Shown here: positions 16,354 through 27,258 of the stretch, one piece after another
Position numbering within the stretch: position 1 is the stretch's first letter
How the letters are laid out: each line of letters starts with the position of its first letter
DNA from: Fibrobacteria bacterium
GTDB lineage: Bacteria > Fibrobacterota > Fibrobacteria > UBA11236
Assembly: GCA_043745805.1 (NCBI GenBank)
Contig: JAYTSD010000020.1
Location: 1-64,000 of the forward strand
Direction of reading: 5' to 3'
Length of the DNA: 64,000 nucleotides
Translations under genes and position numbers: made by a program
Notes under the pieces: model-generated
Databases searched by the model: none
Told to the model about the DNA's origin: nothing
Seen by the model: the letters and a program-made list of their open reading frames with translations, nothing else

Positions 16354-19300
16354 ATGACGGATTCTAAAAAAAGAATATCCTCCTTGGCGAAATCGTATGA
16401 GATTTCCGGCGATTTGCTCGTTAAACTTTTGCGAGACGCTGGCGTTGAAGCAAAGTCAGCGATGAGCATGATTGATCAGGAGAGTTTCTTGAAAGCAAAG
16501 CCTTTAATCCTCGCGGAAAAGGAAAAGCTGGATAAAGAAGCTTTGATCAAAGCTGGAAAAAAAATTCCCATGAAGGCCGTGATTAAAAAAGCACCTCCCG
16601 TAGTTGCCGCACCAATTATTCCTAAAGCAGAAATAAAATCTGTTTCGGCTCCACGTGAAATTATTCCTGAATTTATTACACCGGTGCGAGCTGTGGTGGC
16701 TCCTGTCGTTGAAGCGCCAGTTTTCAAAGCGCCCGAACGTATAATTGAAAAAGCCCCAGAAAAAGCACCCGAAGTTTTTGCTGAAAAAATAGAAGCTCCC
16801 AAAGAAAAGCTTTCGACAACTATTATAGTCAAACCTACGGTGGTGCCTAAGCCTGAAGTGCAAGCTACAACCACTGTTAGCGAATCAACTCCTATTCCTC
16901 AAGCAACCCCTGTTGCTCATGTAGCGCCTGTGAGTCCGGTATCCTCCGTGGCACCTGTAATAGTTGCACCGGTTGCAGCGGTTGTCGAAAGCAATTCGCA
17001 TCGCCCTCCAAGTAATGAATTAAAAGTGTCGGTGGAAAAACCTGATGCGAATTTATTAGCGCGTATAGCTCGTTCCCAAAATGAAGCCTCCCGTTTTAGA
17101 GGCCGACCAGACAATAAGGGACAAGGTTATTCAGGAAATTTAAGTCGCGGACCGGGTGGTCAAGGTGGCCCAAGTAATTATGGTGGTGGCCAAGGTGGTA
17201 CTGGCAATTATGGTGGACAGGGTAGCTCAGGCGGCGGATACAATCGTCCTGGAGGTCCTGGCGGCGCAGGCGGCCAAGGCGGTGGCGGTTATGGTAATCG
17301 TCCAGCAGGCTCGAATTATGGTGGCCAAGGTGGACAGGGTGGCTCAGGCGGCGGATACAATCGTCCTGGTGGTTCTGGAGGTCCTGGCGGCGCAGGTGGC
17401 CAAGGCGGTGGCGGTTATGGTAATCGTCCGAGCGCTCCTGGTGGCGGTGGTAATTTTGGCAGCCAAGGTGGCTATGGTAATCGTCCCGGTGGTTTTGGTA
17501 ATCGTCCCTCGAATGATGGACCACGCGATGTATTTGCACAACGCGCTCAAGAAGCAGGTATTGCTTCCGTATTGTCGGGCATTACACCTAAACCCGATAG
17601 GCATTTAGATAAAGATCGTGCTGATAAAGACAAAGTTTTTGCGGCAGGAGCGCCTCAAAATCGCTCACGCGGTGGTCATAAGAAAAAAACTAAAGAACAA
17701 ATAGAAGCCGAATTACTTGAAGCACGCAATAACGTGAATAAGGTAATGGCCAGCTTATCGAAAACCGGCAAAGGCAAATCTAAAGGTCGCGATAAAGAAG
17801 AAGAACTTGCTGAAGGTCAAGAAAAGCCTATTTTACAAGTAGGCGAATTTATTTCCATCGGTGAATTAGCCGGTTTGATGAATAGAATGCCTAATCAGGT
17901 CATTGCCAAGTGTATGGAAATGGGCATGATGGTAACCATTAATCAACGTTTGGATCATGAAACCATTGCTTTGATTGCCGATGAATGCGGTTATCAAGCA
18001 GAGCTCATGGATGAATACGCGGAAGAAAATTTCACTACCGAAGAAGAAGATCTAGCGGGAAATTTAATTCCTCGCGCCCCTATCATTACTGTGATGGGAC
18101 ATGTGGATCATGGTAAAACCTCTATTCTCGATTATATTCGCAAAACTAATGTGATTGCTGGTGAATCGGGTGGTATTACTCAGCATGTGGGTGCATATAT
18201 GGTAAGCACGGCCAATGGCCCGGTTTGCTTTTTAGATACTCCAGGTCATGAAGCCTTTTCGGCCATGCGTTCCCGCGGTGTAACGTTAACTGACGTGGTA
18301 CTGTTGGTAGTCGCTGCCGATAGCATGGTTATGCCACAAACCAAGGAAGCTATTACCTTGGCGAAGAATGCCAATTGCCAAATTGTAGTAGCCATTAATA
18401 AAATGGATTTACCCAATGCCAATGCTGATAAAATTCGTGCGCAACTCGCCGAAGCCGGTGTGGAAGTAGAACAATGGGGCGGTAAATATCCTTGCGTAGA
18501 AGTCTCTGCACGTCAGGGCTTAAACATGGATAAATTGCTAGAAACCCTAGCTTTAGAAACCGAAATTTTAGATCTCAAAGCCAATCCAAATCGTCCTGCA
18601 CAAGCTACGGTTATTGAGTCTCGTCTCGATAAGGGTAAAGGTGCAGTGGCCACTATCTTGGTACAAAACGGTACGTTACGTGTAGGTGACCCTTTTGTTA
18701 CGGGTATTTTTTCCGGTAAAGTGCGTTCGATTTTGGATGAACGCGGAAATCCTCGTGAAGCTGCAGGTCCTTCGACTCCTTGTCAAATATTAGGTGTAGA
18801 TGGAGCTCCTCAAGCCGGCGATTCCTTTGTGGTGGTAGCCGATGAACGCGAAGCGCGCGAAATCGCTAATCGACGTCGCATGGCGGCCAAAGACAGAGAG
18901 CTTCGTCAGAAACGCCATATTACTTTGGATCAGCTTTATGACCAAATTAAATCGGGCGAATTCCATGATCTCAAGGTGATTATCAAAGCGGACGTAGATG
19001 GTTCCGTGGAAGCTATTGCTTCGGCTTTAGAAAAATTATCCACTAAAGAAGTGCGCGTGAATGTGATTAGCAAAGGTGTTGGCGCCGTTAAAGATGCCGA
19101 TATTCATTTGGCTGCCGCATCCGAAGCATTAGTTATTGCTTTCCATGTATTGCCTACTGAAGCCGTACGTAGCTTGGCTGAACGTGAAGGCGTAACCATT
19201 AATAGTTATCGCATTATTTATGAAATCGTAGACGAAATTAAAGCGGCTATGGAAGGCTTGCTCACTCCTGAAATTAAAGAAGAAGTGGCTGGCGAAGCGG

Positions 19301-19593
19301 AAATTCTTAAAGTGTTCAATATCCCAAAAGTGGGTCTCATTGCCGGTTGCCGTGTACAAAGCGGTTCCGTGGAAAGAGAACTCAAAGTGCGTTTATATCG
19401 CAGCGGTATCGAAGTGGGAGAAGCCAAGGTTACCTCGCTCAAACGTGAAAAAGACGATGCGCGCTCGGTCCGTTCGGGCTTTGAATGCGGTATCGGTATT
19501 GAAGGTCTCAAAGATATTCGCGAAGGTGACATTCTCGCTTTCTTCAAAAAAGTTGAAGTAGCACGTAAACTTACTGCGCCCTTGAGTGCTTAA
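16354..19593 (+). CDS. infB: Translation initiation factor IF-2 (long Pro/Ala-rich and Gly-rich N-terminal region)
   Basis: MGHVDHGKT, GGITQH, DTPGHEAF, NKMD, GFECGI; ATG at 16354 preferred over TTG at 16333. Confidence 0.98.
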   Translation: MTDSKKRISSLAKSYEISGDLLVKLLRDAGVEAKSAMSMIDQESFLKAKPLILAEKEKLDKEALIKAGKKIPMKAVIKKAPPVVAAPIIPKAEIKSVSAPREIIPEFITPVRAVVAPVVEAPVFKAPERIIEKAPEKAPEVFAEKIEAPKEKLSTTIIVKPTVVPKPEVQATTTVSESTPIPQATPVAHVAPVSPVSSVAPVIVAPVAAVVESNSHRPPSNELKVSVEKPDANLLARIARSQNEASRFRGRPDNKGQGYSGNLSRGPGGQGGPSNYGGGQGGTGNYGGQGSSGGGYNRPGGPGGAGGQGGGGYGNRPAGSNYGGQGGQGGSGGGYNRPGGSGGPGGAGGQGGGGYGNRPSAPGGGGNFGSQGGYGNRPGGFGNRPSNDGPRDVFAQRAQEAGIASVLSGITPKPDRHLDKDRADKDKVFAAGAPQNRSRGGHKKKTKEQIEAELLEARNNVNKVMASLSKTGKGKSKGRDKEEELAEGQEKPILQVGEFISIGELAGLMNRMPNQVIAKCMEMGMMVTINQRLDHETIALIADECGYQAELMDEYAEENFTTEEEDLAGNLIPRAPIITVMGHVDHGKTSILDYIRKTNVIAGESGGITQHVGAYMVSTANGPVCFLDTPGHEAFSAMRSRGVTLTDVVLLVVAADSMVMPQTKEAITLAKNANCQIVVAINKMDLPNANADKIRAQLAEAGVEVEQWGGKYPCVEVSARQGLNMDKLLETLALETEILDLKANPNRPAQATVIESRLDKGKGAVATILVQNGTLRVGDPFVTGIFSGKVRSILDERGNPREAAGPSTPCQILGVDGAPQAGDSFVVVADEREAREIANRRRMAAKDRELRQKRHITLDQLYDQIKSGEFHDLKVIIKADVDGSVEAIASALEKLSTKEVRVNVISKGVGAVKDADIHLAAASEALVIAFHVLPTEAVRSLAEREGVTINSYRIIYEIVDEIKAAMEGLLTPEIKEEVAGEAEILKVFNIPKVGLIAGCRVQSGSVERELKVRLYRSGIEVGEAKVTSLKREKDDARSVRSGFECGIGIEGLKDIREGDILAFFKKVEVARKLTAPLSA
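17206..17429 (+). repeat. Imperfect tandem duplication within the infB Gly-rich region
   Basis: Units 17206-17303 and 17314-17429 share ...GGCGGCGGATACAATCGTCCTGG... and ...CAAGGCGGTGGCGGTTATGGTAATCGTCC. Confidence 0.85.
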
Positions 19594-19625
19594 TAGCTCC
19601 TTTAAATTAGGGCGGAGAGGTCGCA

Positions 19626-20030
19626 ATGACCCGTAGAACAGAAAGAGTAAGTCACTTGATCCAACGCGAGTTGGGTGAGGTGATTCAACGTGATTTATCG
19701 GATGTACGCATTGGTTTCGTAACTATTTCCCGCGTGGAAGTAACTACGGATTTAGCGCATGCTAAAGTGTATGTATCGGCGATGGGTGATGAAAAACAAA
19801 AAAGAGATTCTATCGCTGGATTAGAGCATAGCAAATCTTATTTGCGCACGCATTTAGCGAAAGTCATGCAAACCCGCACAGTACCTCGTTTGCAGTTTAT
19901 TCATGACAAAAATTTAGATCATGGTTTTAGAATTCAAGAACTTTTAAGTGGCTTGAATCGATCGGCTAAAAGTGATGAGGAAGCTAAAGAATCCTCGTCT
20001 GAAAATCCCAGCGAAAAATCAGAGGACTAA
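19626..20030 (+). CDS. rbfA: Ribosome-binding factor A
   Basis: RRTERV, VTISRVEVTTDLAHAKVY, RTVPRLQFIHD; synteny. Confidence 0.96.
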   Translation: MTRRTERVSHLIQRELGEVIQRDLSDVRIGFVTISRVEVTTDLAHAKVYVSAMGDEKQKRDSIAGLEHSKSYLRTHLAKVMQTRTVPRLQFIHDKNLDHGFRIQELLSGLNRSAKSDEEAKESSSENPSEKSED

Positions 20031-20055
20031 GGGACTAGGGACCTAGTTTTTTTCC

Positions 20056-20967
20056 ATGAAGGAAATCACAGCTGAGGGTTTTTACTTGGTGGATAAGCCC
20101 GTGGGCATTTCCTCATTTCAAGCTTTATACCCACTCAAAAAAAAATTTAGAGGTTTTAAAATTGGACATGCGGGTACTTTAGATCCGGCAGCTTCAGGCC
20201 TTTTATTAGTGGGCGTCGGCAATGCCACGCGCCTCTTAGAGTATCTCGAAGGCATGATCAAAACCTATTCTTTCGAGCTGTGCTTAGGCATCACTACCGA
20301 CAGTTATGATTTAGAAGGCGAAGTATTAACGCGTTCACCTATCCCCTCTTTAACACGTGCGCAATTAGAAGCCGAGCTGATTCCCTTTCGCGGAAAAATT
20401 TCACAAATGCCGCCAGTTTATTCTGCTTTGAAAATCGGCGGAAAACGTGCCTGTGATTTGGCGCGTGCTGGTGAAACGGTGGTATTAGCGGCACGTGACG
20501 TGGAAATATTTAGTTTGGAAATCGTGCACTTTTCAGAACTTAACTCAAACGTTACGGTAACTTTAGAAATGGTTTGCTCCAAAGGCACTTATGTACGAAG
20601 CCTCGCGCATGATTTAGGACAAGTTTTAGGTTGCGGTGCCGTGGCCGATAAAATTCGTCGCTTAGCCATTGGCGCCTTTCGTGTTGAAAATGCTTTGCCA
20701 CCCACTACCGATTGGGAAGCTTCACATGGCCATCCCCTCGAACAAGCTATACAGCATTTACCCGGTCTAAAACTTTTACCAGAAGCGGTACCGGCGCTTG
20801 CGCAGGGTCAAAGAATAACGGCTAAATATTATACGGTGTTGGAAACGGCCAAGTTACCCCTAGAAAATGCAGAATGGCGAGTATTGTCGTCGGACGATAT
20901 GCTTTTGGCTATTGCATTAATCGATGCCGTAGGTGTATTACATCCTCGCAAGGTGTTTATTTCATGA
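20056..20967 (+). CDS. truB: tRNA pseudouridine(55) synthase
   Basis: DKPVGISS, GHAGTLDPAASGLL, QMPPVYSALK, CSKGTYVRSL. Confidence 0.96.
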   Translation: MKEITAEGFYLVDKPVGISSFQALYPLKKKFRGFKIGHAGTLDPAASGLLLVGVGNATRLLEYLEGMIKTYSFELCLGITTDSYDLEGEVLTRSPIPSLTRAQLEAELIPFRGKISQMPPVYSALKIGGKRACDLARAGETVVLAARDVEIFSLEIVHFSELNSNVTVTLEMVCSKGTYVRSLAHDLGQVLGCGAVADKIRRLAIGAFRVENALPPTTDWEASHGHPLEQAIQHLPGLKLLPEAVPALAQGQRITAKYYTVLETAKLPLENAEWRVLSSDDMLLAIALIDAVGVLHPRKVFIS

Positions 20968-21872
20968 AGGCATTAGCTTGGCAACAATTACAAATGGATC
21001 ATTCCTCCATAGTCGCTTTTGGAAATTTTGATGGCGTGCATTTAGGACATGCGCAAATCATGCAAGCTTTAGTGGCCGAAGGGGCGCGAAGAAGCCTACA
21101 ACCCACCTTGATCACGTTTGATCCGCATCCGCGCTATTTTTTTAAACCGGAAAGTAAACCATCCTTACTCACTACGCGAGCAGAAAAAATGCAATTGTTA
21201 AGGGAATGGCCAGTACAAGCACATTGTTTAATCTTTGATCAAAACTTGGCTAATTTAGAGCCCGAAGATTTTATCCAAAAAATTTTAATAGCAGGACTAA
21301 AAGCTAAAGTGGTGGTGGTAGGTCCAGGCCAAAGATTTGGCTATAAGGCGCGTGGCGATGCAGAAATGTTGGCGCATTTTGGTTTGGAGGTTTGCGTTTT
21401 AACGCCATATTTAGTGCAAGAGGAAATGATTAGTTCTTCGCGTATCCGCGAATTGGTAGAAGCGGGAAAAGTGGAAGAAGGAAATCTTTTATTAGGCCGC
21501 CCTTTTACTTATACCGGAAAAGTGGTGCAGGGAGATCAAAGAGGCCGCACTATTGGCTTTCCCACCGCTAATATTGACTTGGCCGATACGCATAAAGTTT
21601 GGGCAAAATTTGGCGTTTATGGCTGCGAATTTAGCCTAGGCGAACAAACGTTTAAGGCTATTGCCAATATTGGAATTAACCCTACATTCGCTTTAAAAAA
21701 GCCGAAAATTGAGGCGCATGTACTTGATTTTCAAGCAGATATCTATGGCCAAATAGCAACACTAAAACTACTATTTCCCCTTCGAACGGAAAAAAAGTTT
21801 GCCTCTGTTTCTGACTTAAGTGCTCAGATAGCCGAAGATGTTATACAATATCGCCGGCGGTTTAACGACTAG
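20964..21872 (+). CDS. ribF: Bifunctional riboflavin kinase / FAD synthetase
   Basis: [34 protein letters not shown] at 20964 overlaps the truB TGA. Confidence 0.96.
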   Translation: MKALAWQQLQMDHSSIVAFGNFDGVHLGHAQIMQALVAEGARRSLQPTLITFDPHPRYFFKPESKPSLLTTRAEKMQLLREWPVQAHCLIFDQNLANLEPEDFIQKILIAGLKAKVVVVGPGQRFGYKARGDAEMLAHFGLEVCVLTPYLVQEEMISSSRIRELVEAGKVEEGNLLLGRPFTYTGKVVQGDQRGRTIGFPTANIDLADTHKVWAKFGVYGCEFSLGEQTFKAIANIGINPTFALKKPKIEAHVLDFQADIYGQIATLKLLFPLRTEKKFASVSDLSAQIAEDVIQYRRRFND

Positions 21873-21904
21873 AAGCAAACGGATCACACTTAAAAGGTAA
21901 AATC

Positions 21905-22177
21905 ATGGCAACATTAACTAAAGAAGTCGCAGCGAAAATTGTTGGCGAACATGGCAAAAACGAAAAAGACTCGGGTAACATCCAAGTGCAAGTCGCCTTA
22001 TTGACTCATCGCATTTTGGAAATCACCAATCATTTAAAAGTGCATAAAAAAGACAAGCATTCTCGTCGTGGCTTAACGACCATGGTGGCTTTTCGTCGTC
22101 GCTTGCTTAATTATTTAACACGTACTGACTTAGAAGGCTATCGCGCCTTAATTAAGAAATTGGATTTACGTCGCTAA
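21905..22177 (+). CDS. rpsO: 30S ribosomal protein S15
   Basis: [32 protein letters not shown]. Confidence 0.98.
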   Translation: MATLTKEVAAKIVGEHGKNEKDSGNIQVQVALLTHRILEITNHLKVHKKDKHSRRGLTTMVAFRRRLLNYLTRTDLEGYRALIKKLDLRR

Positions 22178-22249
22178 TTTATTGGCAATATCAAAAAAAA
22201 CATTAAGACAACAAAACTGGCTGCAGGATAGCACCGGGGAGAAAATTGA

Positions 22250-24331
22250 ATGGCTCAACAAATCGTTAATATTACTTTGCCCGATGGCAAAACTATCACT
22301 TTGGAATCCGGAAAAATGGCTAAGCAAGCTGGCGGTGCTGTTATTGCTCGTATGGGCGATACCATGGTGCTTTGCACAGTATGCTCGGGTGCCGAAAGCA
22401 CGGGCGATTTTTTCCCTTTGACGGTGGAATATCGCGAAAAATTTTATGCCGCAGGTAAAATTCCTGGCGGATATATTAAACGTGAATCAAAACCTAGCGA
22501 TAAAGAAGTTTTAACTTCTCGTCTTATTGACCGCCCATTGCGCCCTATGTTTCCGGATGGTTTTAAAAAAGAAGTGCAAATTATTTGTACGGTTCTTTCC
22601 GCTGATGAAAAACATGATGCCGATGTATTAGCAGTAGCTGCGGCTTCTGCGGCCATTGGCCTTTCCGCTTTGCCTTTTGAAGATCAAGTAGCTGCGGTTA
22701 AAGTAATTGGTACCAAAGACGGTAAATTCACGGTTAACCCCACTTATGAAGAATTGGAAAGCGCCGATATCGAATTGATTGTGGCTGCCAGTAAAAATTC
22801 TGTATGCATGGTTGAAGGTTCTGCATTCGAAGTTTCCGAAGATATTATGGTGAATGCAATTTTGGCCGGCCATGCCGCCATTAAAGAAATTATCAAAGGT
22901 CAAGAAGAATTAATTTCTCGCTTCCCTGTAGAAAAAGAAGCTTGGGCGCCTAAAGCTGTTAATGCTGAATTATTCGCCAAGGTAGAAGGATTTTCTTTGA
23001 AGCTTTTGCAAGATACCTTTCATAAGCCGATGTTGAAAAAAGAACATTATAAAACCATGGCGAAAATCAAGACGGATACTAAGGCAGCTTTAGCTGAACA
23101 ATTTCCGGATCAAAGCGCTACCATCAGCGAATATTTGGAACAAATCGAATGGCGTGAAATGCGCAATATGGTGTTAACTGAGAAGTTACGTATTGACGGA
23201 CGCAGCCCATCACAAATTCGTGCCATTGAAATAGATACTCAGGTATTACCTCGCACTCATGGATCGGCCTTGTTCCAACGTGGCGAAACTCAAGCCTTAG
23301 TGGTTTGTACCTTAGGCACCAAGAGCGATGAACAACGTGTGGAATCTTTACAAGGCGAAAGCTTTAAGAATTACATGTTACACTATAATTTCCCAGGCTA
23401 TAGCGTAGGTGAAGCCAAACGTCAAGGTTCAATTGGTCGTCGTGAAGTCGGTCATGGTTATTTAGCAGAACGTGCATTAGCACCAGTATTGCCTACTTCC
23501 ACTAGCTTTCCTTATACCATTCGCTTAGTATCGGATATTATGGAATCCCATGGTTCATCTTCCATGGCTTCGGTTTGCGGTGGCACATTAGCCTTGCTCG
23601 ATGCCGGTGTGAAAATCAAAGCACCGGTTGCTGGTATTGCGATGGGACTTATTTCAGACGGCGCTCGCGTAGAAGTGCTTTCCGATATCAATGGTACTGA
23701 AGATCATTTAGGCGATATGGACTTTAAAGTTTGTGGTACCGAAGAAGGCATCACTTCCTTTCAAATGGACATTAAGATGAAAGGCATTACGCCGGAAATC
23801 ATGCATCGCGCTTTGAAACAAGCTAATGAAGGTCGTTTGCATATCTTGGGTAAAATGAAAGATGCTTTACCTCAAGCCCGTGAATTATCGAAATACGCGC
23901 CAGCCATTTTGCAAAAGAAAATTCCTTCCGAAAAAGTAAAAGAATTAATTGGCCCGGGCGGTAAGGTGATTCGCGGCATTCAAGAAACTTCGGGCGCACA
24001 ACTTAATATCGATGACTCCGGTCAATTGGTAATTTCGGCTGCCCATCGTGGCAATGCTTTGATGGCACTTAAAATGGTGAATGAATTATTTGCTGAAGCG
24101 GAAGTTGGTAAAACTTATCGCGGCAAAGTAAAAGGCATAGCTAGCTTTGGCGCCTTCGTCGAAATTTTGCCAGGCAAAGAAGGCCTGGTACATATTTCCG
24201 AACTCGCTCCGCATAAAGTGGAAAAAGTGGAAGACATTTTGTCCATGGGTGATGAAGTTGAAGTGAAATGCATAGGCGTGGATCCTCAAGGCAAAATCAA
24301 ATTAAGTCGCAAGGCTTTGTTAAACGCGTAA
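22250..24331 (+). CDS. pnp: Polyribonucleotide nucleotidyltransferase (PNPase)
   Basis: [43 protein letters not shown] and S1 domains. Confidence 0.98.
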   Translation: MAQQIVNITLPDGKTITLESGKMAKQAGGAVIARMGDTMVLCTVCSGAESTGDFFPLTVEYREKFYAAGKIPGGYIKRESKPSDKEVLTSRLIDRPLRPMFPDGFKKEVQIICTVLSADEKHDADVLAVAAASAAIGLSALPFEDQVAAVKVIGTKDGKFTVNPTYEELESADIELIVAASKNSVCMVEGSAFEVSEDIMVNAILAGHAAIKEIIKGQEELISRFPVEKEAWAPKAVNAELFAKVEGFSLKLLQDTFHKPMLKKEHYKTMAKIKTDTKAALAEQFPDQSATISEYLEQIEWREMRNMVLTEKLRIDGRSPSQIRAIEIDTQVLPRTHGSALFQRGETQALVVCTLGTKSDEQRVESLQGESFKNYMLHYNFPGYSVGEAKRQGSIGRREVGHGYLAERALAPVLPTSTSFPYTIRLVSDIMESHGSSSMASVCGGTLALLDAGVKIKAPVAGIAMGLISDGARVEVLSDINGTEDHLGDMDFKVCGTEEGITSFQMDIKMKGITPEIMHRALKQANEGRLHILGKMKDALPQARELSKYAPAILQKKIPSEKVKELIGPGGKVIRGIQETSGAQLNIDDSGQLVISAAHRGNALMALKMVNELFAEAEVGKTYRGKVKGIASFGAFVEILPGKEGLVHISELAPHKVEKVEDILSMGDEVEVKCIGVDPQGKIKLSRKALLNA

Positions 24332-24352
24332 GCGCTTGCAGAGAGAAACTTT

Positions 24353-24386
24353 AAAGCCTTTTTCCTATCGGGAAAAGGCTTTTTTT
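24353..24386 (+). terminator. Intrinsic terminator after pnp
   Basis: AAAGCCTTTTTCC-TATC-GGGAAAAGGCTTT plus U-tract. Confidence 0.85.
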
Positions 24387-24433
24387 ACGCCTAGATTACT
24401 GCCGCATAGGCTAATAGGGAACAAGGAGTAAAC

Positions 24434-25741
24434 ATGAAAAAATCCATGAGCGCTAGTATAAACATACAGGTTACTACCTTAGAAAATGGAGTGATTGTTG
24501 CGACGGACATTATGCCCGGCGTGCGTTCCGCGAGTTTGGGTGTTTACTTGGATATTGGATCACGCGATGAAAAGGCCGGCACCAATGGCTTAGCGCATTT
24601 ATTCGAGCATATGGTTTTTAAAGGCACACAAAATCAAAATGCCTTAGAAATTGTCAAGAGTTTTGAAGCGAGCGGCGGCCAAGTCAACGCCTATACCTCA
24701 AAAGAGCAAACCAGTTTTTATGCCAAAGTGATTGATAATGAAGTCCCTCGGGCTTTATCCACATTACTCGATATGGTACTGTCCCCGCTTTTCGACAATG
24801 CCGATTTGGAAAAAGAACGCGAAGTCATTATTGAAGAAATTCGCGGCGGCAAAGATAATCCCGAAGATTATATTTACGATTTATATTCCGACGCTTTTTA
24901 TGGATCGCAAAGTTTAGGTTACCCCATTGCAGGTACTGAAAAATCAGTACGCGGTTTACAACGCAAGCACTTGGTGTGGCATCAAGACTTAGTCGCACAG
25001 AAATATCCGGTTTATGTATTAGCGGTGGGCAATGTCTCGCATGCTGAAATTGTGGAAATCACTCGTCAAAAATATGCCTTAAGCAAAAAAGCCAAGGTTG
25101 GCACTAAACATCTGCTTCGCAAACCCCTACTACGCAAGGCTTCGCGACCTATGTCCAAGCATTTGGATGATAGACGTAAAGTGGAACAGGCAACGGTATT
25201 AATTGGGGGTCCAGGCTATGCTTGGGATCATAATAATCGTTTTGCTTTGCTATTACTAAATTCAATACTAGGCGATGGCATGAGTTCTCGCCTCTTTCAA
25301 AATTTGAGAGAAGCGCATGGTCTAGTTTATAATATTTATTCTAGTCCTGAATTTTTAATTGGCACCGGAACCTTTAGCATTGGTTTCGCGACGGAAGCCA
25401 AAAATTTACAAAAAGCCTTTTTAGAAATCAGCCGCGAAATTAAAGCACTGAAAAAAGATAATGTGCAAGAAAAAGATTTAGACTTCGCGAAGAAAAATGT
25501 ATGCGGTAGTATTTTGCTGAGTTTGGAATCAACCTATTCGCGCATGGGTAACTTGTCGAGACAAATTATGTACCGTGATAAAAGTGAAACTTTAGATGTG
25601 ATTTTGAAAAAAATTGAAGCGGTAAATTTGCAAGATATAAAACTTTGCATTCGCGATATTTTCAAAAGCGAAAAATGGTCTTCCGCATTGATTGCTTCGC
25701 CTAAGGCAAAGGTGGATATTGCCAAGGCGCTGGATTTTTAA
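24434..25741 (+). CDS. M16-family zinc peptidase
   Basis: GSRDE, HLFEH (HxxEH), NAYTSKE, GMSSRLFQNLRE; usual neighbour of pnp. Confidence 0.93.
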   Translation: MKKSMSASINIQVTTLENGVIVATDIMPGVRSASLGVYLDIGSRDEKAGTNGLAHLFEHMVFKGTQNQNALEIVKSFEASGGQVNAYTSKEQTSFYAKVIDNEVPRALSTLLDMVLSPLFDNADLEKEREVIIEEIRGGKDNPEDYIYDLYSDAFYGSQSLGYPIAGTEKSVRGLQRKHLVWHQDLVAQKYPVYVLAVGNVSHAEIVEITRQKYALSKKAKVGTKHLLRKPLLRKASRPMSKHLDDRRKVEQATVLIGGPGYAWDHNNRFALLLLNSILGDGMSSRLFQNLREAHGLVYNIYSSPEFLIGTGTFSIGFATEAKNLQKAFLEISREIKALKKDNVQEKDLDFAKKNVCGSILLSLESTYSRMGNLSRQIMYRDKSETLDVILKKIEAVNLQDIKLCIRDIFKSEKWSSALIASPKAKVDIAKALDF

Positions 25742-25750
25742 AGTTCGATT

Positions 25751-27211
25751 TTAAAAGAAATAGGTGATTTTAGTCATCCAATACCAGTCCTTAAGTGTCG
25801 AGAAGGCGGTAAAGTATGTTTTCGACAAACCGAATTCCGAATCAATACCCGAGGGTCTAAAATGATCATTTGCTACTTGGCCACTGAAACGAATATGGCC
25901 CAGTATGGTTTTGGAAGCATGTAAGGACCATTTCCAATCATCTTTATGCAAATTGGTATAGTCATAGGGGTCACCCCATAAAATATCTTCTCGAATTTTA
26001 CCGCCCGCTTTAACAACATTTCTTGGGGCTCTTAAGGTATCACCATTTGCAAGTACATAACCTGAATCCAAAGTAACTTTAACAATATTTGTGGTGCGAT
26101 TAGATGTTGGTAAGGGGCTTAATAATGTCTCTAACTCATTCACGTCGTTTTTATAGGGGTTTTTAAAATACTCCACTTCAAAGGATAAATTATCTAAGAG
26201 GCCCCAAGTTGGCAAATTGAGTCCGACCATAACAGGCATCCGTTGCATTCGATCATTATAAATTCCCTTGTAATTTTTTACACCAATCAATCCTACTTCG
26301 CTGTATAAAATCAAATCATTCAACCCAAAGCCAGTAAAATCAAAAAGTTTTTTAATATCCAAACTAAAAAATCCCGTAAGCTTTGTGCCTTGATGGGAAA
26401 ACCAAGTAGTGTCCTTATTAATAGGATCCACATAAAAAAAGTTTCTTTCAATGGGACTTTTTAAACGTGCTGCAGTTGTGCTATCTTCGAAATTAAAAAT
26501 TGCAGGTGACCGTGGATTGGTAATACGATCATATATAGGTAGTAAATGATAAAAATTTATGCCTGCTCCATAATTAAAACTTTCAGACACTTTATGTTTA
26601 GCGATATAAGCCAGTGAGAAATCAAAAAGAGGGTGGAACTCCGTTTCGGAAGTAAATAAAACATCATGAGTAATCGGACCAGTTTTGGCATGCAATTGGG
26701 TTCCCAAAAAATTGGCTATGGGTAAAGTTTCTTTGGCTTCAAAACTGGAAACTAATGCATTAGGATATACAGGGCCCCTTAATAAGTAAAGTCCTAAATT
26801 TTTTACATCGGTATTATAGATATAAGGAAAATGACCCACAGTAAGTGCTAAATTTGGATTTTCTTTATCTCCGCTATACCATTTAAAGCTGGCTTGAGTG
26901 ATATAAGTTGCAAAACGAATATGTACTAATCGCGCACTAGTTGCATTTCCTTGCATAGGATGTTCTTGCCCGCCTCCAATACCCAAATAGCCTTCAAGAT
27001 TATCCGAAAAACTCATATTAGCAGTGATTTGCGTGGCCGCGGATTGCATCCAATTTTTCGAATAATTATAATCTAGGGTATCCGTAGTATGCATTATTCT
27101 ACCCGCTTGCACCCATCCATAACCATGTAAGGTGAGTTTGGGTTCGGACGAAACATCAAGTAGCAATAAGCCGGTAACAAGAATCGAAAAATATATTTTA
27201 TTGAACTTCAT
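25751..27211 (-). CDS. Putative outer-membrane beta-barrel, paralog 3
   Basis: Signal peptide; C-terminal TKITYFF; shares GxFPYxYN..NLGLYLxRGxVYP, SET, IGxKNY, EVEY, KWS, QxANDHxR with the two upstream genes. Confidence 0.75.
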   Translation of the reverse strand: MKFNKIYFSILVTGLLLLDVSSEPKLTLHGYGWVQAGRIMHTTDTLDYNYSKNWMQSAATQITANMSFSDNLEGYLGIGGGQEHPMQGNATSARLVHIRFATYITQASFKWYSGDKENPNLALTVGHFPYIYNTDVKNLGLYLLRGPVYPNALVSSFEAKETLPIANFLGTQLHAKTGPITHDVLFTSETEFHPLFDFSLAYIAKHKVSESFNYGAGINFYHLLPIYDRITNPRSPAIFNFEDSTTAARLKSPIERNFFYVDPINKDTTWFSHQGTKLTGFFSLDIKKLFDFTGFGLNDLILYSEVGLIGVKNYKGIYNDRMQRMPVMVGLNLPTWGLLDNLSFEVEYFKNPYKNDVNELETLLSPLPTSNRTTNIVKVTLDSGYVLANGDTLRAPRNVVKAGGKIREDILWGDPYDYTNLHKDDWKWSLHASKTILGHIRFSGQVANDHFRPSGIDSEFGLSKTYFTAFSTLKDWYWMTKITYFF

Positions 27212-27258
27212 TTTAGTGTTCTTTCATTAACTGTTTTTAAATCGTTTGATTCTTTGGA

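Noticed and set aside
16476-17608. Several repetitive alternative-frame and antisense ORFs over infB
   Set aside because: By-products of the low-complexity Gly and Pro/Ala codons of IF2
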